A stretch of 64,000 bases of DNA from Octopus sinensis (taxonomy: Eukaryota), in assembly GCF_006345805.1 (NCBI RefSeq), contig NC_043001.1:112716001-112780000 (forward strand), given 5' to 3'. The notes beneath the pieces are model-generated. The model was given only the letters and a program-made list of their open reading frames with translations, was not told the origin of the DNA and did not search any database. Both the position numbers and the translations under genes were made by a program. Positions 12,201 through 24,184 of this stretch are shown here, piece by piece. The first letter of the stretch is position 1; each line of letters opens with the position of its first letter.

Positions 12201-12822
12201 TCAAAGAATATATATATATATATATATATACAGTTTGAGGTAGATAAATTTTGATAGGCAAGATATTCATAGATAAGATTCACCTGTGACCATCTATAGG
12301 TGTTGTTTAGCTCCTGGTCATCTAATTAAACGGACCTGTCTAATTACAAAAGGTGTCAATTTTATTTTTCAGGATAAGTATATCTAAGATTACTTAACAC
12401 GATGTGTCTATTTTTTTTTTTTTTACGTAAACTTCATAATTTGTTATTCAAAAGATTTGGCTACTATTTCTAATAATCCGTAATTATTTAACCCCAGGTC
12501 AGCTCTGATAAAAGCCATGGCTAATACATACCATCCTATTTTTAACAATAATATACTCCCCAGACAACACTAACAAATATGTTCTTGTCTAACATAGTAG
12601 TGTATGCAGTTTGAGGTATATTTGGCTGCTATTATTAGCGACCATACATATGTTTCCTCGTTGGTTCGGCAATATGAGCGAGTAAAGGGAGGAAGACTAA
12701 GGTAGATGGTCAGATGTTACCGTTCACATCTTGTCTTAAACTTTAAACCTACCTAGCTTACGTACAGCTAGTCGAGTCTCTAGCTGGCTCTAATTTATTT
12801 CTACATAGCTTTCTACTCATCC

Positions 12823-12860
<38 letters not shown>

Positions 12861-12982
12861 CGCTCGCGCAGACACATTATTCGCCCTAAAAAATCTGTCT
12901 TCATACATCTTGCTAACCTTTTCCTTCTTAATTTATCTTCTGTATAAAGTAATATAATTACATCCACATTCAGCCATCCTTA

Positions 12983-13490
<508 letters not shown>

Positions 13491-14324
13491 TCTGTCTGCG
13501 TATATATATATTATATATATATATGTGTGTGTGTGTATACATACATATATTCATAATACATACATATATATACACGCGCACGCGCACAAGCACACATGCA
13601 TCAGTCTGTCCAAATATTTATCTAACAGCTACCTTTATATGTCTTCACATTTTCTCTCTGTCTATCTATATTTATCTATCTAACCATCTGTCTGTCTGTC
13701 TGTCTCTCCGTCCGTCCGTCCGACCGTCTTGTCTACTTGTCTATCTATCTATCTACATTTTTTTATTTATTTATTTACCTACTTTATACCGATCTATCTT
13801 TCCCAAGGCCCAGCCAGCCAGCCTCTCGGTGTATTTACATATACATCAACAAAGCCACAAACCGCTCTAAACTCCCTTATCAGCCACGTACCCTCTTACA
13901 CACACAAATACACACACACACAGAGGCAGACGTACACGTGGGTGCGCGCCCTCATGCAGTCACATTCACCTAACATTATTCAAACGAACACACACACACA
14001 CATACCAATTGCTAAGGGGACACACATGCAACAGATAGACAAGCAAGCAGTCCCCCTTTCATCTCGCTTAAACTTTTCTTCTTTGCCTTGGACTGACTTA
14101 AAATAAAAAACATCCGAACTTTTCATAAACTGGAGAAAGTTTTTCAACATTCATCGGACGAATTTAAAATTACAATTTATACGCAAAAAAAACCCCACAA
14201 AAGATTGAATTTCTTTTGTCTTTCGTTTTTATAATTCTACCTTTTTTTTATCAGTGTGTCTATAAACATCACAGTCCAACACATAGGCACAGACGTACAC
14301 ACACAGACATAATATACATACATA

Positions 14325-14360
14325 TCTATCTGTCTGTTTATCTATCTATCTATCTATCTA

Positions 14361-14404
<44 letters not shown>

Positions 14405-14445
14405 GTCTGTCTGTCTGTCTGTCTATCTGTCTGCCTGCCTCTCTG

Positions 14446-14508
<63 letters not shown>

Positions 14509-14601
14509 GTCTGTCTGTCTGTCTGTCTATCTGTCTGTCTGCCTCTCTGTCTATCTATCTATCTATGTCTGTCTGTCTGTCTATCTGTCTGTCTGCCTCT
14601 C

Positions 14602-14640
<39 letters not shown>

Positions 14641-14645
14641 CTATA

Positions 14646-14678
<33 letters not shown>

Positions 14679-14790
14679 GTCTGTCTGTCTGTCTGTCTCT
14701 GCCTCTCTGTCTATCTATCTCTCTATCTATCTATCTATCTATCATCTATCTATCTATCTGTCTGTCTGTCTGTCTGTCGATCTATATGTC
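14325..14790. repeat. (TCTA)n/(TCTG)n compound array
   Basis: Direct reading. Confidence 0.95.
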
Positions 14791-15564
14791 TGTCTGTTCA
14801 TCATTTCACCTACTTACACACGCACCCACACTCATAAAGTGGACGCCGCTTAATGTAATCACGATGTTACCAAACCAGCTATTGTAGCAGCTAACGAGTC
14901 CCCCTCTCCCCTTACACGTTTTTGGTATAATGATGGTATCCTGTTTAATATTATCAGCTGGGTATTTAGAAGGTTCCATCGTACACACTCACACACACAC
15001 ACACACACGCGCGCGCACACACGCATCTATATATATAGAAAGAGATATCTATATATATCTATATAAATATAGATTTATAGATACGCACGGAGGAAGCAAC
15101 TTTTAAACAACAACACAACAAACAAAACTACATTCTACACGAAACATCATCGTCGCCGCCGACGTGATCAACACGTACAATAACAATAACAACGAGAACA
15201 ATAACAATAGTGGCCAGCCAGCATTTATTACAAGCGAAACTAATAAATCATGATAGCAACAGCAAGTTTGTGAAAGTTGGAGGGTGGGAGGCCTGGAAGG
15301 AAAGAAAAACAGATAGATACTTGTTGATAAGTATCTGGTTTTATAATTCATCCATTCACCTAACCATCTATCTTTGTCTCTCTTCCTCTCCCTTCTCTCT
15401 CTCTCTCTCTTTCTATGTATGTGTATGTGTGTGTGTGTGTGTATATATATAGTACTATATGTACAAATATATAAATAAATATCTTTGTGTCTTCCTCTCC
15501 CCTCTCTCCCTTTTTATGTATGTGTATGTGTGTGTATATAATTATATAATATATATATATAATA

Positions 15565-15603
<39 letters not shown>

Positions 15604-15938
15604 ATATGTACAAATATATAAATAAATACTCATATGTATATACAAACTCATACATATATATATATATATACACAATCTGACTGACTGACAAAAGTTTGTT
15701 GGCAATAAACAGCACCCCCAAACTACAAGCACACCGTCACCGTACAACATCATATCAACACATCCTTTTTACACACCCTCATATACTAAACTATCCAGGA
15801 ATTGACTTATGTGCGATACGAAAACGGTTTTAAGGTGGATTCTTTTAACGAAATTTGGACAATAATCGAAAGAAAAAAAGAAAAAAACATTTGGATTTTA
15901 CGTATCACGAAAGAACAACGAACCTCCAATAACAGAAC

Positions 15939-15970
<32 letters not shown>

Positions 15971-16549
15971 GTGTGGATGATATTTGAAAAGTTGGAAAGT
16001 TTGCGTTTTTATGAAAAAAGGATTAACATTCAAGCGAGAGATCAACGGATTACTTTTTATTTGTCTTTTTTTTACACATAGGGAGAGAGATTAAAAGAAA
16101 TTAAAAAGAAAAGGAAGAAATTTACACTGTGGAATTTTTACTTTAAAACTGGAGCAAATAATGCATCAAATTGGATTATAAATATCTTACCATGGATTTA
16201 TTTACCTGAATGTTTATTAACCCTTGGCGAAACACACACACACACACCACACACACACACCTAATCACAGAATTACACACATGCATACATTTATTTAGAC
16301 ACACGCACATGCTTATAGGCTGTATGTTATAACACATTTTTTAATGTGTGGTGTGTGTATGCGGTGTGTAGACAGAAATACATATCAAGTATTAATATAC
16401 ATGCTTTCGCGTGTATATATAGAATTATCTATATAATATAATATATATAAGTTATTTTTTTTCCTTGTTTGTTTATTTATTCTATTCGTTTTTTCTTTTT
16501 TGCTCAAGGAAGGAAAATACCTTTTAATAAGCATTATGTAGTAGAATCA

Positions 16550-16551
16550 TA

Positions 16552-16589
<38 letters not shown>

Positions 16590-16870
16590 CACGCGTACAC
16601 ACACACACTCACACACACACAGACACACACACACAGACACACACACACGCGTACACACAGACACACACACACGCACACACACACACGCACACACAGACAC
16701 ACACACACGCGTACACACACACACGCACACACAGACACACACACACGCACACACACACCACACACACACGCACACGCACACGCACACACACACAAACACA
16801 CGCAAACACACAACTAAACACACACGCGCACACACACACACACACACACGAACGCACGCACGCACACACA
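16550..16870. repeat. Degenerate (CA)n array
   Basis: Direct reading. Confidence 0.95.
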
Positions 16871-17874
16871 CGCTTGCACGCGTTAACAAAATTTAAGAAA
16901 ACACCAGTAAAAAAAATACGCGAAGCAAACTTGCATCATCTCACTCACATCTTGTTTCTATTTCTTTCTAAGCCCATCATCATCATCGTCATCGTCATCG
17001 TCATCGTCATCATCATCTAAACACACACACACACACACACACACATATGTTTATAGTGTATCATCAGAATGAAAGAAAAAAAATGTAATTTTTATTTACA
17101 TGCATATCTAATTAATCAATGATTAAATCGTTCAGTTAATTAACTAAACTAAACTAATCAATCATTGTTTTAATTTTTCCTGCATAATTGTTGTTGTTGT
17201 TGTTGTTGTTGACGATATAAAAGTATTCGTTTTGTAAATGTTGTTATTGTCAGTACCACCACCACCACCACCATCGTCATCATCATCATCACCTTCATCA
17301 TTTTTATCATTGCTGTCATTTAACTTCATCGTCGTTTTTCTTATTTCATTTATTTCCAAACTTTCACCAACCGTCTAACCAGCCAGCCAGCCGGCAAACC
17401 ATCCAACCATCCAACCATCCATCCAACCATCCAACCAACCAACCAACCAACCTACCAACTAAAACTTCTATAACTTTACACGCGCGTACACACATTCACA
17501 CGCATACATTACACAACTCACGTACACATATGCACAAACATATTTCACTATGTTTATTCACACACACACGCATATGCATATATGTATTTCTGCATCTATT
17601 TATTAAAATAGAAAAATTGAAGGAAAATATATAAATAAATGGATAAATAAAGCAGCTAGCTGCCTTTCATCCTCTCCGTTTCTCTCAATCTTACCCCCTA
17701 TTCCCCCCTCCTATCCTTTTTCGCCGCCTCTTTATACCAACTCGTGGTCAGAAATGGCCCCTTTCTGTGACAATCTATTCCCAAAGTACCCGATTCGAAT
17801 CACTGCTTGGATATGTACCCTAGTCGTGGTGATATAGAGATACTGCATCGATTTTTCCGTGCTTCGAAAGTGAA

Positions 17875-17895
17875 ATGGATTTTGTCATTCTCAAA
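17875..17895 (+). CDS. Candidate first coding exon (MDFVILK), unknown gene
   Basis: GAAATGG start context (purine at -3, G at +4), upstream in-frame stop, phase-0 donor AAA|GTGAGT, in a repeat-free patch. Confidence 0.35.
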
Positions 17896-18127
17896 GTGAG
17901 TACCTCAAGACCTATATATACACAGACTGTTGCATGTATATAGTTGTTTATATGTTTGCGTATGTACCTACTTGTTGTTTATCTATTTTGTTGATCACTT
18001 TAATATTGTATTTCGTAAATTTAATTTCAAGAATGCAAATTAAATGATTCATGTAAGACTGTAAGACCAGTAAAATATTCCTGGCATTGAAGCGATTATA
18101 ATAACCCCTTGTAAGTCCCAAATACTT

Positions 18128-18325
18128 TTCATAAGTTTGTCCTAAACGTCCATGCTTCTTTTCGGACATTTTAGTTAGCCCTTGTGTCATAAAGCTTTCT
18201 TTCAGAAGTCCCAAGGTACCCTATGATTAAAGGTACCCTATGATTAAAAAAAAGAAAAGAAGAGTAATTTATATATATGTGATGTATGGACGTCATGGAA
18301 AATATGGCCCGTATATCACATGATA
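18128..18325 (+). mobile_element. Decayed copy of the 22183-22413 element
   Basis: Shared blocks TTCATAAGTTTGTCCTAAACGT, AAAGCTTTCTTT and TATCACATGATA; internal 17-bp tandem duplication 18213-18246. Confidence 0.6.
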
Positions 18326-18396
18326 TAAATAATACAGTTTTAGTTTCATCTTGATTTAGTCTGACCTCGTCGACAGCATTATCGAAAGAAATCAAT

Positions 18397-18808
18397 AGGA
18401 GTGGCTGTGTGGTAAGTAGCTTGCTAACCAACCACATGGCTCCGGGTTCAGTCCCACTGCGTGGCACCTTGGGCAAATGTCTTCTGCTATAGCCCCCGGG
18501 CCGACCAATGCCTTGTGAGTGGATTTGGTAGACGGAAACTGAAAGAAGCCTGTCGTATATATGTATATATATATATGTATGTGTGTGTTTGTGTGTCTGT
18601 GTTTGTCACCCTAACATTGCTTGACAACCGATGCTGGTGTGTGTACGTCCCCGTCACTTCGCGGTTCGGCAAAAGAAACCGATAGAATAAGTACTGGGCT
18701 TACAAAGAATAAGTCCCGGGGTCGATTTGCTCGACTAAAGGCGGTGCTCCAGCATGGCCGCAGTCAAATGACTGAAACAAGTAAAAGAGTAAAAGAGAGT
18801 AAAGAGAG
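18397..18808 (+). mobile_element. SINE family A, young near-full copy
   Basis: Nearly identical to 26907-27308. Confidence 0.92.
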
Positions 18809-18863
18809 TTATTTGGCATCACTTGCTTTTGTCGGTTGGTTGGAACGATTGACACTTCGCATT

Positions 18864-19000
18864 CAGCGGAGGTAAAGAATACACACACCACCCGTTTTCG
18901 GCGTAACAAAAACCCTAACCCTAACCCTGACCCCCTAACTTTAAACCCTAATCCTAACCCTAACCCTAACACCGGGTGTGCGTATTCTTTACCTTCGCTG
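18864..19000. mobile_element. 137-bp Tc1/mariner-like MITE enclosing (CCCTAA)n
   Basis: 26-bp TIRs, 24/26 identical (CAGCGGAGGTAAAGAATACACACACC); right flank TA, left flank TT. Confidence 0.75.
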
Positions 19001-19535
19001 TAATTTCTTCAGAAATCTGACAGATGAAAAAAAAATGAATGAGGGAGGGGGTCCAAACCCCTTTCCTACTGTAAGGATATTTCTATTTTGTAACCAAACA
19101 AGGCGGTGACAGTGGATTTCCCTCGATGGACGGGGAGAATTCAGCTGTTCAATAAAATTGAATACCCTACTACCGATTTAGCGTGTAACTGAGCATTTCA
19201 CCGCAGGCATGTACCCCTCAGGAAGAATCACTGTGACGCTGTGTAACAAGGATGTTTTTCTTTTTAAATTACATGTACAATTTACCTAGTCTCACTCGCA
19301 AGGTATGGATTGTCCGAGGTTATAAAAAAAAATGACAATCACACAAGATGCCACGCATTGAAATCGATATCGGTATCCCATGGTTGCGAATGAAACTTTA
19401 AATCATTCGGCCTCTTCTGCTGCTAATCTACAGTTAAAGAAAGGGCTAGAAAGACTTAAGGAAGATATCATTGCCTGAAATGTACTATCTGTTCACTACT
19501 ATCTCCAATCCATTTTGTTTTGCTGCTATTTCTAG

Positions 19536-19640
19536 CTGATACAACGACTACAGAAGAAGGTTCCTGGTTTGGCTCGAATACACCCATTATCAGTTGGCAG
19601 CGTTCGTTATAACTATAATAAGAGCGATCTTTCGGAATTT
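19536..19640 (+). CDS. Candidate internal exon (LIQRLQKKVPGLARIHPLSVGSVRYNYNKSDLSEF), unknown gene
   Basis: Pyrimidine tract + TTTCTAG| acceptor; |GTATGT donor (alternative GTAAGG 4 nt later); 105 nt open in phase 0. Confidence 0.45.
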
Positions 19641-19679
19641 GTATGTAAGGCAGAAAAATTTGTAGAGATATTTTTGGTC

Positions 19680-19960
19680 GATTAATTCAATCCCAGCTCA
19701 CGACCGGTACTTTATTTTACGATCTCAGATTCATGGAAGGCCAGTGTTGACTTCAGCGAGAGTTGAACTCAGAGCGTAAAGTTTCGGAGGAAGTACCGTT
19801 CTAACGATTCTACCGATCCAATATTCTAATTTGCTCCACTGTATCGACTTCAGCAATTTGTCAGATTTCTTTTTTTTTATTTTGTCGACCCCGAAAAAAG
19901 AAGACGAAGGCAAAGTTCACTTTGGTAGGATTTGAACGTGAAACTTAAAGAGAGCAAGAA
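19680..19960 (-). mobile_element. Two degenerate SINE C fragments
   Basis: GGTACTTATTTT..GAAGG..GTTGACTTCAGCG..TTGAACTCAGA and GTCGACCCCGAAA..GAAGGCAAAGTT. Confidence 0.6.
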
Positions 19961-20867
19961 CAAATATAGCCTCGCTCCAACGATTCTACCCGAACGATGC
20001 AATAAGGGGGGTGTTCGTTATATGGCCATAATAGTCTCGTATATTAAGTACAAGGTCACACGTATGCAGGGTGAAGGCGGTGTACAGTAAATGATGATGA
20101 TGATGATGACGATGACGATGATGAGGACGACGATGACGAAATTGATAGAACCGACCGAGAGATCCGGACCAGCAAGTGTAATTGTATCTCCTCTGTCACG
20201 ATTCTCTCAAGTTTGTTTGAATAAAACGTTCATATCACAGTTTATAATATCACTATATAATAAAAGCCGATACATGTAAATATTGGTTGGTTGATTGGTT
20301 GAATGAATTAGAGAGAGAGAGAGAGTGAGAAATGGGAGAGTAACGGAAATACAAAGAGAATTAGCATAATAGATGCAAGATAAGTGTCTTAAAACTCTCT
20401 GAAAAATACGCACTTTTTAACGAAATTTTGAAGGGGTTAGTTTTCGATGGCAGAAATTGCGATTACGTAGACAAAATTTAGTAGAATAATATATATATTT
20501 ATTGCAAGTATACGAATGACAAATTTGTTTTGTTTAATTTTATTTTAAGGTAATAAATATTTTCTTTTGAAAATTTCTATTCGTTTCATTATTTTTATGA
20601 ACACCTAAAAATTTGATAAATGTTAAGTTATAATTATTGTCTGTATGCCATATTTCTTGATATTAGCCGCGGTATCAAGCGTACGTCCAAAGTTGCCCGT
20701 CATATGACGGAGTATGCAGATTTTTTGAATGGTTATCACTACATTATAGGGAATGAAAAAGACACAGAATTTGGGAGAGGGGGCGTATAAAAAAACATTT
20801 GATTCTTTTTTATACGAATTCTTTTTCATTTCTTTCCCCATCACATCATATTTTCCGAATTTCCGTC

Positions 20868-21285
20868 GTATCATCGACTCCTTACGTTCTGAGTTCAAAT
20901 CCCGCCGAGGTCAAATTTACCCTGCATTCCTTCAAAATTGCTGGCCTTGTGTCAAAATTAGAAACATTTATTATTCATTATTATTATTGTTATTATTATA
21001 TTATTACTATTATTATTATATTATTATTATTATTATTATTAATGTTATTGTTATTATTATGAGTTCAAATCCGGTCGAAGTCAATTTGGCATACTTACAG
21101 AAGGGTGTCCCCCTCACCCCGACTTCTGAAAGTTATGAGGAAATAAAGTCAGTGTGTGTGTCTGTGTGTGGGAGGGGTCACTTGTGTAGGCATGCCGTCA
21201 ATTTTGCCTTTCGTTTCTTCTGTGTCTGTAAGATCAATACTTAATCAAGTTCTATAAACCGATGTGATCGACTAATTCTCTTCCC
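20868..21285 (+). mobile_element. Two SINE C fragments, the second interrupted by MITE M3
   Basis: TTACGTTCTGAGTTCAAATCCCGCCGAGGTC.. and GAGTTCAAATCCGGTCGAAGTCAATTT[insert]GTCAATTTTGCCTTTC. Confidence 0.7.
21088..21196. mobile_element. Merlin-like MITE family M3 (109 bp)
   Basis: Perfect 8-bp TSD GTCAATTT; GG...CC termini; TIR GGCATACTTACAGAAG vs GGCATGCCTACACAAG (13/16). Confidence 0.75.
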
Positions 21286-22182
21286 CATCCATATATGTTT
21301 GACTTTGTGCCTCTGCTAAGAATATTTAAAGGATATATCAGAAATGGAAATAGACAGAGAGATAGCATAAAGGGAGAGCTAGAGAAACAAAGCTAGAGAG
21401 AGAGTGGAGTGAGAGTCAGACAGCGAGAAAGAGAGAGAGAGAGAGAGGGAGAGAGAGAGTGTTTTCTGTTTCCAGGTAGTTATCAAGTTCAAAAGTTATC
21501 AAGTCGCTGGATCCGACATTAGCTTAGCTTAACAGAATCGGTTTAGATCCAGAGAAAATTTCTGCGATTTTTTGGTCACGGTTATTGGTGATCCTTCGAT
21601 ATTGGTCTATAGTGTCGTCACTCGCTTTCTTTTTTTCAGCCTAGACTCTTTATCTATGTTATGAACGAATGATGTGTGGGTGAATAACGTCATGTATCAA
21701 TACCGAAGAATTGCCTGAGGCGATCTTTCGGTATTGGTATCCAGAGTGTCGGTTGAGGAGATGATGTCATTCACCCTCTTTTTTGCCTGATTATTTAATG
21801 TTTTCAGGATTCATTTGCTGTATCTTATAAGTCGAATGTAGACTGGCATTGGTTACCTTGAGATCCATGGTAACAATGTTCATTCTTAGTTGTGGTCCCT
21901 TGTTGAAAATGAAAATGAACGTCTGAACACCACGACTGTATTCGATTTTCTCTCAAAAAGCACATTTTTTTCTTCGTATGTAATTAAAAAAAAAAGAGTT
22001 AAGTTTATTAATTTATATTAATTTAATTAAATGTGAATCTTGGTTGTTCAAATTTAAGATTCCGAAATACAGTAGTTTCCATTAAGTTCTTACTGTTAGG
22101 CCGAGATGGCTAGAACTTAGTTATTATTATTCTTTTCCCATACTTTTGGAGGAGCCACCTCACCGTTCCGATTCTTATTTAA

Positions 22183-22413
22183 CCCTTTCATAAGTTTGTC
22201 CTAAACGTTTATGCTTCTATTCAAACTTTTAATTAATTAACCCTTGTTTCATACATCTTGAGTAATATAAAGAAAGCTTTCTTTCCGTAAGTCACAAGTT
22301 ACTCTGATAGTTAAAAACACACAGAAAGAAAACAAAAATGGAAATATGTATCGTATGTGATACTTAGACGCCATGGAAATATACCTGGCGTATCACATGA
22401 TACGCAGGACAGG
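22183..22413. mobile_element. piggyBac-like MITE, degenerate
   Basis: TTAA|CCCTTTC ... GACAGG|TTAA; second copy at about 18128. Confidence 0.5.
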
Positions 22414-22639
22414 TTAAAGAGATAAATTCGAGCCTTTATTTTGAAGGGATCATTTTTCTTAAAATTCTATTTTTGGAGTTTTCCATTCCTCTTTTAGCCA
22501 GTGCTATTATTTCATTTATAACAGAGACTTCTACAAGGACCAAAATTTCAGCAATATTTAATTATAATAAAATAATGATTTCTAAAATAGGTTTAAAAAA
22601 AGCACACATTTTAAGGAAGGACAGGTGTAATCGATCCCG

Positions 22640-22740
22640 GAAGGATGAAAGGTAAAACCAACCTTGCTGAGATTTGAACTCAACTTAAATCGTACCAAGC
22701 TGAAATCCTCAGGCATTGGCCTTTCATTCTCACACCCGCC
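22640..22740 (-). mobile_element. Degenerate SINE C fragment
   Basis: ATCGATCCCGGAAGGATGAAAGGTAAA..GAGATTTGAACTC. Confidence 0.6.
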
Positions 22741-22752
22741 AATTTACCAGGG

Positions 22753-22796
<44 letters not shown>

Positions 22797-22802
22797 TATA
22801 TA

Positions 22803-22913
22803 TCACAGAAAGTGTGTCTATAGCCAGCTGGAGGAGATGTCTTCCTGGGGCTACAAACTACAGTAGCATCCACCCTTAGGGGTTAGCCATATTCAAATGG
22901 CAAATATACGTCA

Positions 22914-22917
<4 letters not shown>
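22803..22917 (-). mobile_element. Fragment of an unclassified interspersed repeat (source of the 35730 hairpin)
   Basis: Near-identical to both arms of 35730-35872. Confidence 0.75.
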
Positions 22918-22953
<36 letters not shown>

Positions 22954-23208
22954 AGGTGTGTGCCCGTTATATGTGTCATTGCTTCCTACCCCCATGTAGT
23001 GTTTATATAATTCTTCGACATATACATATGCCCATATATGTAATACGCTTTGCTAAGCACAGGGTTTTTGGTACGCGAGTGCAGGGGCAGGTGTTTTACC
23101 CTACATAATTTTATACACGCGCGCGCACACATCCGTACCTATATGCTTGGAAAATATTACCGTTACTATACACATACTTTAAATCTTAGCTAAAAGGCCG
23201 AAAATATA

Positions 23209-23243
<35 letters not shown>

Positions 23244-23275
23244 ATCAATGTGTACACATATGTATGTGCGGGTAC

Positions 23276-23319
<44 letters not shown>

Positions 23320-23510
23320 CCGGAGTAAACACATAAATGTGAAACAAGGTGGAAAAAAGAGTACTCAGATACCAGTGGTAAAGTAAGCGTTTGTAAGAGT
23401 CTAGATTGAATTGATATATCGGTTCCATTCTAGCAAAAACTGTCTGATGAACGGCAACGAGAAACTCAGAGTAACAGATTTTGTTGAATTTTCTGCTGCT
23501 TAAAATAAAG
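23320..23510 (+). mobile_element. Penelope-like terminal repeat, family P1, with inverted tail segment
   Basis: 23320-23386 is the reverse complement of the tail seen at 46595-46665; 23428-23510 matches the hammerhead-bearing part; inserted in (TA)n. Confidence 0.75.
23434..23483 (+). ncRNA. Minimal type I hammerhead ribozyme, intact core
   Basis: CAAAAA-CUGU-[CUGAUGA]-ACG-GCAA-CGA-[GAAA]-CUC-A-GAG-[UA]^ACAG-A-UUUUG; stem I pairs, stem II has a GNRA loop, stem III is palindromic. Confidence 0.8.
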
Positions 23511-23634
23511 TATATATATATATATGCATGTATATTTGTATACATATATGTATAAATCTCTCTCTCTATATGTGTGCGTGCGTGTATGCATGTATATATA
23601 TATATATATATGGTACTATTTAATCCCGGTGCGC

Positions 23635-23766
23635 GCACTCGCGCATCCGCACTAGCAAGTCGTGACTAGTCGATCCTACAACGACTACCTAGCAAAGTAA
23701 ATAAAACGCCAAAACACAAAGTAAGGATCGACTAGTCATGACTAGCTAGCGCGGATGTACGAGTAC
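23635..23766. mobile_element. 132-bp MITE-like element with 43-bp inverted repeats
   Basis: Arms 23635-23677 and 23724-23766 match 37/43. Confidence 0.7.
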
Positions 23767-23923
23767 ATCGACCCCGGGACTTATTCTTTGTAAGCCCAGT
23801 ACTTATTCTATCGGTCTCTTTTGCCGAACCGCTAAGTGACGGGGACATAAACACACCACCATCGGTTGTCAAGCAATGCTAGGGGGACAAACACAAACAC
23901 GCAAACATACACACACACACACA

Positions 23924-23954
<31 letters not shown>

Positions 23955-23970
23955 TACACACACACACACA

Positions 23971-24018
<48 letters not shown>

Positions 24019-24184
24019 TACGACGGGCTTCTTTAAGTTTCCGTCTACCAAATCCACTCACAAGGCTTTGGTCGGCCCCAGGCTATAGAAGAAGACACTT
24101 GCCCAAGGTGCCACGCAGTGGGACAGAACCCGGAACCATGTGGTTGGTAAACAAGCTACTTACCACACAGCCACTCCTGCGCCT
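23767..24184 (-). mobile_element. SINE family A lacking its 3' tail
   Basis: Truncated at ATCGACCCC, exactly at the MITE boundary. Confidence 0.9.

Noticed and set aside
18911-18970. Telomere or fusion relic
   Set aside because: Short, degenerate and enclosed by TIRs, so it is element-borne rather than a chromosome end
21478-21900. Strong acceptor TTTCTGTTTCCAG followed by coding-like sequence
   Set aside because: All frames close within 20 codons and the minus-strand frames are broken; possibly a decayed retroelement, but no motif was recognised
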